Source: Pseudomonadota bacterium (GTDB taxonomy: Bacteria; Campylobacterota; Campylobacteria; Campylobacterales; Sulfurimonadaceae). From it: 64,000 nt of DNA. The stretch's first letter is position 1; each line of letters opens with the position of its first letter. The notes under the pieces are model-generated. The model was not told where the DNA came from and did no database searches. It saw only the letters and a list, made by a program, of their open reading frames with translations. The stretch spans positions 1 to 64,000 of the forward strand of contig JAZDQA010000014.1 of the NCBI GenBank assembly GCA_043797085.1. Direction: 5' to 3'. The position numbers were made by a program, and so were the translations under genes. Below, in pieces: positions 1 through 9,369 of this stretch.

Positions 1-54
1 AGCGCTACCCTTACAAGGTAGATGTCACAAGTTCGAGTCTTGTAATTCCCACCA
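1..54 (+). tRNA. tRNA-Val(TAC), 5' end cut by window edge
   Basis: Anticodon arm CTACC-CTTACAA-GGTAG, T-loop GTTCGAG, 3' ACCA at 51-54. Confidence 0.93.
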
Positions 55-61
55 TAGTTGT

Positions 62-138
62 GCAGTCGTAGTTCAGTTGGTTAGAACGCCTGCCTGTCAC
101 GCAGGAGGTCGCGGGTTCGAGTCCCGTCGACTGCGCCA
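62..138 (+). tRNA. tRNA-Asp(GTC)
   Basis: Acceptor GCAGTCG/CGACTGC, anticodon arm CCTGC-CTGTCAC-GCAGG, GTTCGA T-loop, encoded CCA. Confidence 0.97.
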
Positions 139-195
139 CCTATCTTTAATATTTCCCTTTCCTTCATTCTTATTTCTTTATGCTATCATTTATAC

Positions 196-789
196 ATGAA
201 ACTAAAACATATATTATTTATTGTCTATATTGTTATATGGCTTCTGCTTAGCATCAATCCATGGTATCGTGATGATTGGCTGTTAGAAAATCTGATGGTC
301 TTTGCGGCTTTACCTCTTCTGATATGGAGTGATCAGCGCTTTGGCTTTTCAAATGCAAGTGTATGGATGTTGTTTATCTTTTTTGTTTTGCATGCTATCG
401 GTGCTCACTATACCTACAGTGAAATGCCATGGTTTTCTTCGATCACTCAATTTTTTGGATTTGAGCGTAATCATTATGACAGAGTAACTCATTTCTTGTT
501 TGGATTTTTGCTGTTTCTTCCATTCTACGAGTTATTTATAACATTCCATAAATCAACCAAGATGCTTCTCACCTTCACCTTCATTTTTCTTATTGCGGCT
601 TCGGGAGTCTACGAAGTCATCGAGTGGATAGCAACCGAAATCACTCATCCAAAACTAGGTACTGCATTTTTGGGTACACAAGGTGACCCTTGGGATGCTC
701 AAAAAGACATGCTTGGTTGTTATTTAGGATCTCTCTTGGCTTTTATCTATTGGTCCCGACAACTTTTAAGATTAAAACGCAAACCATAA
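196..789 (+). CDS. DUF2238/YjdF-like inner membrane protein
   Basis: Hydrophobic; motifs WLLEN, H..GAHYTY, RNHYDR..HF, YE..EW, FLGTQGD.WDAQKD. No SD; TGcTATCAT lies 6 nt before ATG (possibly leaderless). Confidence 0.85.
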   Translation: MKLKHILFIVYIVIWLLLSINPWYRDDWLLENLMVFAALPLLIWSDQRFGFSNASVWMLFIFFVLHAIGAHYTYSEMPWFSSITQFFGFERNHYDRVTHFLFGFLLFLPFYELFITFHKSTKMLLTFTFIFLIAASGVYEVIEWIATEITHPKLGTAFLGTQGDPWDAQKDMLGCYLGSLLAFIYWSRQLLRLKRKP

Positions 790-830
790 GATATATGGTG
801 TTCAATGCGTCTTAATCAAGTGGGTAAAAT

Positions 831-1271
831 TTATTTTGCCAACTCGATATTATAAATACGTCCATTGCGTTTTACGATCTTAACACGTTGCCCAATCATA
901 AATTGTGTCCCTTTGGAAACTACCACTATTTCCTCTCTCGTATCGAGAGTCACCGATAACTCTTGTGCATTGGATTTACTGATTTCATTTCCGGCATACA
1001 TACCGATCAACCCACCGCCAAGTGTCGTAAGAACCGAACCTCTACCGCCACCCATGGTTGAACCGAGAACCCCGCCAACAATAGTTCCCAACATACCACC
1101 GCCACCTTCGCCTTTAACCACAACAGCTCTTGCATCCGTAACCACACCCGACTGAGATGTTAAAACGTATTTTGAAGCCGCTGCATCCACTTCAGGAATA
1201 CCTCCTGTTTGAGCACAACCTGCCAACATTAGAACCATACTGCTTGATAAAATAACGGACATTAATTTCAT
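831..1271 (-). CDS. Outer-membrane lipoprotein, SlyB-like glycine-zipper 2TM
   Basis: Lipobox LAGC, glycine-zipper GGVLGSTMGGGRG, C-terminal G.RVK. Confidence 0.8.
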   Translation of the reverse strand: MKLMSVILSSSMVLMLAGCAQTGGIPEVDAAASKYVLTSQSGVVTDARAVVVKGEGGGGMLGTIVGGVLGSTMGGGRGSVLTTLGGGLIGMYAGNEISKSNAQELSVTLDTREEIVVVSKGTQFMIGQRVKIVKRNGRIYNIELAK

Positions 1272-1316
1272 GATAATTTCCTTTTCTTTTATTCTAGCAT
1301 TTTTTGGATAAACAGA

Positions 1317-2654
1317 TTACACTTTTCGTGCAATACTCCCTGATGGATGCGTATACCATCCCGGATCGGTGTAATCATCTTTTGGCTGATTGGCGCGTAC
1401 TTTGACAACCGTAAACATTCCCCCCATCTCGATAGGTCCAAAAGGTCCCTGACCTGTCATCATCGGTAACGTATTCTCAGGTACTTTCATCCCCATGTCC
1501 ACCATATCACTCATCTCTGCCATCCCATTTTTACCCATGGGCATGTACATATAATCCGGCATTAAATCGCTGATTTTTTCACTCAAATCATCTTGTTTGA
1601 CCCCTATCATATTGGGGACACCATGACCCATCGGTCCCATTGTGTGATGGGATTTATGACAATGAAATGACCAGTCCCCTTCTTGGGTCGCGATAAATTC
1701 AAATGCTCTCATCTGTCCAACTCCAACATCAATCGTTACTTCCGGCCATCGCGCACCCTTAGGAACCCATCCTCCATCGGTACAGGTCACCTCAAACGGA
1801 TGCCCGTGCATATGGATTGGGTGATTCGTCATAGTGAGATTTCCAACACGCACACGCACGCGATCCCCTGCGCGAACATTCATAGAATCAATCCCCGGAA
1901 ACGTACGGCTATTAAATGTCCAAAGATTAAACTCCGTCATGGTGGAAGGATTTGGGGTATACGTCCCAGGAGCTACATCGTAACTGGCAAGGAGAAAACA
2001 AAAGTCACGATCTACGACGTGCTCTTTTGGATTTTTGGGATGGATAATAAACATTCCCATAGAACCCATCGCCATTTGCACCATCTCATCGGCGTGAGGA
2101 TGATACATAAATGTACCGCTTTGAACCAGTGTAAACTCATACACAAATGTCTCCCCCGGAGCAATCTGCGGTTGAGTCAATCCCCCTACCCCATCCATAC
2201 CGTTGGGTAAAATTAGCCCGTGCCAATGAATCGTCGTATGTTCGGGAAGTTTATTGGTCACGATGAGTCGCACTCGATCCCCTTCCACCGCTTCGATCGT
2301 CGGTCCGGGTGACGTACCGTTGTATCCCCAACAGTTCACCACCATACCGGGGGCAAATTCACGAACGACCGGTTCAGCAATAATATGAAACTCTTTGACC
2401 CCATCTTTCATTTCAAAGGGTAATGTCCAGCCATTAAGGGTTACAACAGGATTGTAATTTTTACCCTTGCGCGGAGTAATAACGGTTGATGGAGACAATA
2501 CCCGTTTAGGGTCTTTTACAAGAGTAAGCTGACGTTTTATAGGAGGTGTTTCGCAATACTTTTTTTCCTCTGCATTGCCATTTTTGACAAGAATGGATGA
2601 GGCTAAAAGTGCCGCACCCAGTCCTAAAAAATCGCGTCTATTTGTTTGTTGCAT
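1317..2654 (-). CDS. Tat-exported multicopper oxidase (CopA/CumA-like)
   Basis: NRRDFLG Tat motif; Cu motifs HWHG, YHPH, HPIHMHGH, HCHKSHH..M; Met-rich C-terminal region. Confidence 0.92.
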   Translation of the reverse strand: MQQTNRRDFLGLGAALLASSILVKNGNAEEKKYCETPPIKRQLTLVKDPKRVLSPSTVITPRKGKNYNPVVTLNGWTLPFEMKDGVKEFHIIAEPVVREFAPGMVVNCWGYNGTSPGPTIEAVEGDRVRLIVTNKLPEHTTIHWHGLILPNGMDGVGGLTQPQIAPGETFVYEFTLVQSGTFMYHPHADEMVQMAMGSMGMFIIHPKNPKEHVVDRDFCFLLASYDVAPGTYTPNPSTMTEFNLWTFNSRTFPGIDSMNVRAGDRVRVRVGNLTMTNHPIHMHGHPFEVTCTDGGWVPKGARWPEVTIDVGVGQMRAFEFIATQEGDWSFHCHKSHHTMGPMGHGVPNMIGVKQDDLSEKISDLMPDYMYMPMGKNGMAEMSDMVDMGMKVPENTLPMMTGQGPFGPIEMGGMFTVVKVRANQPKDDYTDPGWYTHPSGSIARKV

Positions 2655-3993
2655 TTATATCACCTCCTAATACATACTCTAAGTCAGCTTGCGCTTTTTG
2701 ATACTCACCAATCGCACTCAGGGATTCCATTCGAGCTTCACCATAACGGCGCTGATCTTCGAGAAGTTCATAAATACCGTCCAACATACCGTTATAAAAG
2801 AGCTGTGTCTCCTCTAGAATTTGCTTATTTGTGGGGACAATTATCTCATTTGTTTCATGCGCCCTATCATAAGCATAACGTGACACAGCATACGATTCAC
2901 GCACCTCAGAGCGAATATTTACCGCCACTTCATACAGATGGTGAACGCTCTGGTTGTACAGCGCTTCCGCCTTGCTCGTCAGCCCTTGCCCAAAATCAAA
3001 AATCGGAATAGGGATTTTTATCCCAAAGGTATTAAAACGCTCTGAATCAGTCGTTTTTTCACTTGATCCTGAAAGTTCCACTTCACTCAATAATCGTGTA
3101 TTTTTCGCATATCCTGCTTGTTTAGCAGCGTAATCCACCCCTTTTATCGCAGTAGTCATATCAAGACGATGTGAGATAGCTCTAGCTTCCAACCCCTCAG
3201 AGTTTACTAAAGGAGCCGAAAGCTTGAGAGGCTCTTTATCCAAAACATACTCTGTTTGTGTCCCATAAAGTCCTAAAAACCGATTAAGTGCTTCACGCCC
3301 ATGTGCATTTTCTTGGTTCAATCGCATCGATTCGAGGCGTCCATGAGCATACGTATCTTGAATTTTCAAAAGACTGCGTTTTGAGAGATTACCCGCCGTA
3401 TATTGGCGAATGGCTAACTGTACCGATGCTTCATGCGATTTAAGTTGACTCTCATACAATGAAACCTGTTCTTGGGCTACACGTGCATCGATATACGCTT
3501 TTTTAACATCCCGAACCGTTTTTAGAACCTCATCTCCCACCCGAAATTTTGTCTCTTCGAGCGCCAATCCACTCAATTCACGTCGAAGCGGTATCCAAAG
3601 CAGATCCAAAAATGCCACATCCAAACTCAATGTAGACGTCGTAACCCCGCCACCACGTCCAATGGAATATCCCAACAGCGGATTACTCATAAGCCCCGCT
3701 TGCACCAATTCACTCTGAGAAATACCGATTTGCTCATACGTTTGCTGTAATGAGCGATTATTGATTAATGCGATACGGACAGCATTTTCTTGGCTTAGTG
3801 GTTGGGAGAGAAGGGTATTCACGCTGTCATTAACGCTTTGTGCTTCTTGCGATGTTTTAATCCATTGAAGATTACCTGCTCCGCGTAGAGATGTTGATTG
3901 GTTTAAATCGCTAAAGAGATCTTGTTGAGAAACGGTTGAACAACCACTAAAGAGTACCAATGCTATCACGCATAGAGAAAGCTCTGTTTTCAT
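2638..3993 (-). CDS. TolC-family outer-membrane lipoprotein (copper resistance associated)
   Basis: Lipobox FSGC; OEP-like helical repeats (ALINNRSLQ, IPIPIFD.GQG); overlaps flanking Cu genes. Confidence 0.85.
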   Translation of the reverse strand: MKTELSLCVIALVLFSGCSTVSQQDLFSDLNQSTSLRGAGNLQWIKTSQEAQSVNDSVNTLLSQPLSQENAVRIALINNRSLQQTYEQIGISQSELVQAGLMSNPLLGYSIGRGGGVTTSTLSLDVAFLDLLWIPLRRELSGLALEETKFRVGDEVLKTVRDVKKAYIDARVAQEQVSLYESQLKSHEASVQLAIRQYTAGNLSKRSLLKIQDTYAHGRLESMRLNQENAHGREALNRFLGLYGTQTEYVLDKEPLKLSAPLVNSEGLEARAISHRLDMTTAIKGVDYAAKQAGYAKNTRLLSEVELSGSSEKTTDSERFNTFGIKIPIPIFDFGQGLTSKAEALYNQSVHHLYEVAVNIRSEVRESYAVSRYAYDRAHETNEIIVPTNKQILEETQLFYNGMLDGIYELLEDQRRYGEARMESLSAIGEYQKAQADLEYVLGGDINATNK

Positions 3994-4187
3994 TTTGCTC
4001 CACCTAGTTTAGTGATATTTTGATCCTCTTTTTGGACACACCCCTCTTCCACCACATCCACCGAAGCTACAGGCGGCACATATACACTTTTACCTTCTAC
4101 AGCACTAGGCGATTCCGGTGTTTTTGCTATCTCTTGTGCGACCAATACAGTATAAAAAATTAATACAAAAACAATAATACGGCTCAT
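3990..4187 (-). CDS. Small exported hypothetical protein in copper operon
   Basis: Signal-peptide-like N-terminus; ATGA overlaps with both neighbours. Confidence 0.65.
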   Translation of the reverse strand: MSRIIVFVLIFYTVLVAQEIAKTPESPSAVEGKSVYVPPVASVDVVEEGCVQKEDQNITKLGGAK

Positions 4188-4516
4188 TTTTTGTGCATCC
4201 GAACGATAATATTTTTATCCTCTTTTTGGATAAATTCAAAATCAACTTTATCCCCTACTTCAAGCGGATGGGTCAACTCATGATCAACCACTTCAAAAGG
4301 CATATTCATAGAAGGCCATCCAAGTGAAAGAATAGGATTGTGAAAAATTCGCAAGCTTTCGTGATTATCGGCGATAGATTTCACCGTTCCAGTAGCATGA
4401 ATCGTATTCTCTGTCTTCACGGCACTTTTTTGATGATCATGATGTTCATCTACCATCGAAAAAAGAGGAAGAGACAAAAGGGCTGTTAAAATAACTGAAG
4501 AATGAAGTAAACGCAT
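4184..4516 (-). CDS. CusF-like periplasmic copper chaperone
   Basis: Signal peptide, HHDH, H.PI..LGWPSM.M.F (H/W/M/M site), LEVGDKVDF; SD GGAG. Confidence 0.88.
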   Translation of the reverse strand: MRLLHSSVILTALLSLPLFSMVDEHHDHQKSAVKTENTIHATGTVKSIADNHESLRIFHNPILSLGWPSMNMPFEVVDHELTHPLEVGDKVDFEFIQKEDKNIIVRMHKK

Positions 4517-4569
4517 AAAAACTCCTTATAATAGTACTAAAAAGTTTATCTTAAAACAATTCCAATATC

Positions 4570-4591
4570 ATTAATCATATATTAACCATAT
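4570..4591. promoter_or_regulatory. 11-bp tandem direct repeat, candidate response-regulator site
   Basis: ATTAATCATAT/ATTAACCATAT in the divergent cusF/lemA spacer. Confidence 0.4.
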
Positions 4592-4688
4592 TAATAACTT
4601 CAAGTCTTACACAAATTATGTTTGAATATAGCACCTCAGTTATGGTATTATCATCCGATACAAACACCACAAAAAAGTAGGTAAATCC

Positions 4689-5246
4689 ATGGAAATAGTT
4701 CTAATCGTAATAGGAGTACTCGCTGTTATCGCCATTTTGATGTACAACTCACTTATTGGCAAAAAAAATCAGGTTGAAAATATCTTTGCCGGTGTCGATG
4801 CAGTATTAAAAAAACGGTTTGATCTTATCCCCAACCTTGTTGCTTCGGTTTCACAATACATGGAACACGAAAAATCAACATTAGAAAAAGTGACCGAACT
4901 TCGTGCGCAAGCGATGAAACCGGGAATCAGCGATGAGCAAAAAATATCTCTTGATGCCAAACTCACCTCTGCATTAGGTGCGATAAACCTTGCAATGGAA
5001 GCCTATCCGGACCTAAAAGCCAACGAAAATGTGATGCATCTTCAACGATCTCTCAACGAAATCGAAGAGCAAATCTCTGCCGCGCGCCGTGCCTATAACC
5101 AAGCCGTTACGGATTTGAATAACGCCATCGAGATGTTCCCGACGAACCTAATAGCAGGATTGATGAATCTTCAACGCAAAGCTGTTTTTGAAATCACCGT
5201 AACTGAGCGTCAAAATGTTGATGTTGGTGCCTTGTTTAATAAATGA
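4689..5246 (+). CDS. lemA: LemA family protein
   Basis: N-terminal TM, YNSL, LKKRFDLIPNLV, EAYPDLKA, RRAYN, FPTN. Confidence 0.93.
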   Translation: MEIVLIVIGVLAVIAILMYNSLIGKKNQVENIFAGVDAVLKKRFDLIPNLVASVSQYMEHEKSTLEKVTELRAQAMKPGISDEQKISLDAKLTSALGAINLAMEAYPDLKANENVMHLQRSLNEIEEQISAARRAYNQAVTDLNNAIEMFPTNLIAGLMNLQRKAVFEITVTERQNVDVGALFNK

Positions 5247-6208
5247 AATCACTCTCAGAACTTACCGATTTTTATTACAAAGAGCTCTATCCAAGCCTAG
5301 AAGAATTAGAAAAAACACGCACTGAAATTCTTTCTCAGCTCAAATGGTATGGAGGGATGGGAGCCGTTGTTTTCATTCTTACTGCTATTTGGATGGGGAA
5401 AAACTTCGGACTTTTCCACCCTATTTCATTCGCCATTGTCATCGGATTTATCGCAATTGCGGGTATTGTCTATCGTTTTATGACGAGCGGTTACGCCAAA
5501 GACTTTAAAGCCAAAATCATCACCCCACTCATAGGTGCTATTGATCCCCATCTCCTCTACAATCCCAATTTTATGATTTCACAGCACCTCTTTGAACGCT
5601 CACAGCTCTTTAATCATAAAGTTGACCGATACAGCGGCAATGATTACGTCAAAGGTTCGATTGATGGCGTACCGCTAGAATTTTCCGATGTTCATGCCGA
5701 GTATCAAACAAAAGACTCCAAAGGGCGAACCCAATGGCACACCCTCTTTCGTGGGCTCTTCCTCGTTGCTGAGTTTAACAAATATTTTAAAAGTAAAACA
5801 ATTATTCTCCCCGATCAAGCGGAAAAAAACTTCGGTTCTCTCATCGGCGGATGGCTACAATCCATCAATTTTTCGCGTGATGATCTCATTCGACTTGATG
5901 ATCCAGAATTTGAAAAAGTCTTTGTCGTGTATGGCAATGATCCCATCGAAGCGCGCTATATTCTCACTCACTCGATGATGAAACGAATTTTAGATTTTCA
6001 GAAAAAAATCACTCATCCTCTTTTTGTATCTTTCGTCCATAATCATATTCATATCGGTATCGGAACCAAAAAAGATCTCTTTGAACCTGCCGTATTTACT
6101 TCTTTACTGGATTTCAAGCAAGCGATGGAGTACATCAATACCTTGCGTTACACCATCGGATTGGTAGAAGAGCTAAAACTCAATGAGAGACTGTGGAGTA
6201 AAGAGTAA
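5243..6208 (+). CDS. DUF3137 family membrane protein
   Basis: Two N-terminal TMs; F.GLF, FEKVF.VYG.D..EARYILT..MM.RI; ATGA overlap with lemA. Confidence 0.8.
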   Translation: MKSLSELTDFYYKELYPSLEELEKTRTEILSQLKWYGGMGAVVFILTAIWMGKNFGLFHPISFAIVIGFIAIAGIVYRFMTSGYAKDFKAKIITPLIGAIDPHLLYNPNFMISQHLFERSQLFNHKVDRYSGNDYVKGSIDGVPLEFSDVHAEYQTKDSKGRTQWHTLFRGLFLVAEFNKYFKSKTIILPDQAEKNFGSLIGGWLQSINFSRDDLIRLDDPEFEKVFVVYGNDPIEARYILTHSMMKRILDFQKKITHPLFVSFVHNHIHIGIGTKKDLFEPAVFTSLLDFKQAMEYINTLRYTIGLVEELKLNERLWSKE

Positions 6209-6784
6209 TTATACCTGCCGAACGCTCCGCCCCACTTCACCATAAAACTTTTCTAAATTTTCCTCAGTCCCCTCAATCTCAAATAATGCCCCTTTGTCTC
6301 CAAACTCTTTAGAAATAATTCGAATATTTGCGTGAGCACTCTCATACTCCGCCATCGAAATATTCGAGTAATCGCATTCGATTTTACGTACAAACAGTTT
6401 TTCATACGGCTTTAAAATAGCTTGCGTGTATGCCGCATTCGCAGCCTCTGCATACGCACGTACTAACCCACCCGGTCCCAGTTTTGTCCCACCAAAATAA
6501 CGAACGGTGATAATAGCAGTATTGATAAGCTCATGCCCCTGCAAAACAGATAAAGTAGGTTTACCCGATGTCCCTTTTGGCTCACCGTCATCTGTGCAGT
6601 ATTCGACGATTTGATCATATTCGTTAAGACTGCGATAGGCACTGACAAAATGTACGGCTTTTGGATGAAGGACACGTAAACGCGTCAGCTCCTCTTCATA
6701 TAGAGACACAGGCATACAAAAAGCGATAAATTTTGACCCTTTGATCTCAATAGAGTCTGTAAAGATTTCACTTACACTGACCAT
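6209..6784 (-). CDS. yigZ: YigZ/IMPACT family protein
   Basis: IKGSKF, DDGEP.GTSG.P, VRYFGGTKLG.GGLVRAY. Confidence 0.93.
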   Translation of the reverse strand: MVSVSEIFTDSIEIKGSKFIAFCMPVSLYEEELTRLRVLHPKAVHFVSAYRSLNEYDQIVEYCTDDGEPKGTSGKPTLSVLQGHELINTAIITVRYFGGTKLGPGGLVRAYAEAANAAYTQAILKPYEKLFVRKIECDYSNISMAEYESAHANIRIISKEFGDKGALFEIEGTEENLEKFYGEVGRSVRQV

Positions 6785-6977
6785 TACACACTCCTTTGGG
6801 ATATTTATCTGTATTTGTATACTTTATTACCCCAAAGTATCTTAAAAATTGAAATTATGATTAAAAAACAATCAATTCATTCTATTAAAATTTGATACAA
6901 TATTTTAATGAGACGTTGGAACTGCTAATGAGAGTAGGTAATACCAAGGTCCTCATTAATTTCGCTACAATTTCGTA

Positions 6978-7928
6978 ATGCAACTCACTCCACAACAATC
7001 ACTGCTTTTATGGTACGAGTCTAACGGTCGTCACGATTTGCCATGGAGACTTACAAACGACCCTTATAAAATATATATCAGTGAAATAATGCTCCAACAA
7101 ACGCAAGTCAAAACGGTGTTAGAGCGATTTTACTTCCCATTTCTGGAGAGCTTTCCTACACTACAAGATTTAGCAGAGGCTCATGTCGATGATGTTCTAA
7201 AAAAATGGGAAGGATTAGGCTACTACACACGCGCTCGCAACCTCCACGCTGCAGCAGTCAAATGCAACGGTACATTTCCCGATAATGCAAACGATTTGAT
7301 GCTCCTTAGCGGTATTGGTCGCTCCACTGCTCATGCCATTGCCGCTTTTGCCTACCGAGAACCTCTCCCCATCCTTGATGCCAATGTCAAACGGATACTT
7401 CACCGATATTTTGCCATCAGTGAGCGCAATGACAAAAAACTTTGGGAAAGTGCTTATGCTCTTTTTGATACCGCCCATCCGTTCGAATACAATCAAGCGA
7501 TGATGGATGTAGGTGCAACGCTATGTTTACCTAAAAAACCGTTATGTGAGCTTTGCCCGCTGAAGGATACTTGCCAAGGCAAAAACTCTCCCCTCCTCTA
7601 TCCATCACCTAAAACGAAAAAAGTAAAACCCGTTCGCAACAGAAATATTATTATCTTTGAAAATAACGGTAAATTTGCTCTCTATCAGAGGCGAGAACGG
7701 TTTTTATCAGGATTATGGGGATTTGCTCAATATGAAAAGCTAAATGAGTTTACAAATGAATACCTAGGTCATATCACTCAACACTACAGCCACTTTGCCT
7801 TAGAAGCAGATGTTTATCGATCTAAAAGTAACGATGTTAGCGAAGAGTTCGAGTGGTTTAGCTTGGATGAAATTGCCGAGCTTTCACTCAGTCGTGCGGA
7901 TCATAAGATATTGGAGTTTATAAACTAA
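6978..7928 (+). CDS. mutY: A/G-specific adenine glycosylase
   Basis: LPWR, SEIMLQQTQV, WEGLGYY.RARNL, HhH, Fe-S C-X6-C-X2-C-X5-C. Confidence 0.95.
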   Translation: MQLTPQQSLLLWYESNGRHDLPWRLTNDPYKIYISEIMLQQTQVKTVLERFYFPFLESFPTLQDLAEAHVDDVLKKWEGLGYYTRARNLHAAAVKCNGTFPDNANDLMLLSGIGRSTAHAIAAFAYREPLPILDANVKRILHRYFAISERNDKKLWESAYALFDTAHPFEYNQAMMDVGATLCLPKKPLCELCPLKDTCQGKNSPLLYPSPKTKKVKPVRNRNIIIFENNGKFALYQRRERFLSGLWGFAQYEKLNEFTNEYLGHITQHYSHFALEADVYRSKSNDVSEEFEWFSLDEIAELSLSRADHKILEFIN

Positions 7929-8676
7929 ATCTCTCAGGATCGAAAAATGTCTCATCACTAATATGACCAAATGCCGAGTTTATCGAGACGAATAAATTCG
8001 GATACTTTTCTTCCATCTCTCCCAGCATCACTTTCATGGAAGCGCGTGCATGAGGCATTTTGACATCAAACCGCATCGATGGGCACATCTCATCACCAAT
8101 CGTAGGCATTTCATTTTCAAGCGCACAAACCGCAAGTTGACGCTCACGTAGCTGGATGAGGGGACGAATCACAATCAGTCCATTACCCGCCTTATATTTC
8201 GGGGCGAGTGCTCTCATGTGACCGTTATAAATCATATTCATAAAGAAACTTTCCGCTGCATCATCGAGATGATGTCCTAATGCTACTTTATTGCATCCGT
8301 GTTTAAGCGCTGCCTCGTAAAGTGCACCGCGTCGCATACGGGAAAAAAAGCTGCAAAATGAGGAATTTTGACGGATTTTATCGGTAGCAATCTCATACGT
8401 ATTGGTTGCATGAATATGATGCGTGATCCCATGTACGGCGCAATGTTCACTGAGCTTGGTTAAATCTTCCCCCATGCCATACGTTACCGTTACGGCTATA
8501 AGTTCAAAGTTAAAAGGAGCACGTCTCTGCTGTTCACGAAGTGCGTGTATCATCGTCAATGAATCTTTGCCGCCGCTAAGACCGACGAGGATTTTATCAC
8601 CCTCTTCTATAAGATTAAATGCCGCATTCGTTTGTCCGATTTTGCCCATAATCTTCTTGTTTAGTTTAATTACCAA
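7918..8676 (-). CDS. ttcA: TtcA-family tRNA 2-thiocytidine biosynthesis protein
   Basis: PP-loop SGGKDS, ALGHHLDD, VIRPL; Cys motifs degenerate (see findings). Confidence 0.85.
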   Translation of the reverse strand: MVIKLNKKIMGKIGQTNAAFNLIEEGDKILVGLSGGKDSLTMIHALREQQRRAPFNFELIAVTVTYGMGEDLTKLSEHCAVHGITHHIHATNTYEIATDKIRQNSSFCSFFSRMRRGALYEAALKHGCNKVALGHHLDDAAESFFMNMIYNGHMRALAPKYKAGNGLIVIRPLIQLRERQLAVCALENEMPTIGDEMCPSMRFDVKMPHARASMKVMLGEMEEKYPNLFVSINSAFGHISDETFFDPERFSL

Positions 8677-9358
8677 TGCGCTTTACCATCTCTAAAATAA
8701 ACTTGGCACTTACAGCAGCAGACGTTTGCAAAAATGCATCAAAATCATCACTTGCTCCACCATCTGCCGTATCGCTGATCGCACGTAAAACAAAAAATGG
8801 AATACCGAAGTTTTGACACACACATGCCACACTTGCCCCCTCCATCTCTAGCGCATCGGCATCGAAAGTTTGTTGTATCCATTCTTTACGCTCGCTGTTT
8901 GCAACAAATTGATCGCCTGTCGCAATAATTCCCTCATACAAATCAACACCCATATCAATAGCCACTTCAGAGGCAAGAGAACGAAGATTCGCATCCGATT
9001 CAATCATCAATGTCCCCTCAGGAATAAAACCGTACGGGTGACCAAAAGCAACAATATCAACATCATGCTGACATAAAGAAGACGCCATAATCAAATCACC
9101 GATTTTCAACTCTTTGGAAATTCCGCCTGCTACACCGCTAAAGAGTAAAACTTCAGCACCGAAACGCTCCAACATTACCGAGGCGGTAATCGCCGAAAAA
9201 ACTTTCCCAATTTTTGAATACGCGATTACCAGTTCATGGCTTTCATAGGTACACGTATAAAATATATTTCCCGCATGTTCGAGCGTCTCATAGGTGCCGA
9301 CACTTTCTAATATTGGATCGATCTCTTCTCTCATCGCTCCCATAATAGCTATTTTCAT
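8666..9358 (-). CDS. mtnN: 5'-methylthioadenosine/S-adenosylhomocysteine nucleosidase
   Basis: GAMREE, SKIGKV, TGDQF, EMEGA, RAISD. Confidence 0.95.
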   Translation of the reverse strand: MKIAIMGAMREEIDPILESVGTYETLEHAGNIFYTCTYESHELVIAYSKIGKVFSAITASVMLERFGAEVLLFSGVAGGISKELKIGDLIMASSLCQHDVDIVAFGHPYGFIPEGTLMIESDANLRSLASEVAIDMGVDLYEGIIATGDQFVANSERKEWIQQTFDADALEMEGASVACVCQNFGIPFFVLRAISDTADGGASDDFDAFLQTSAAVSAKFILEMVKRIGN

Positions 9359-9369
9359 TTTAGTTCCTC

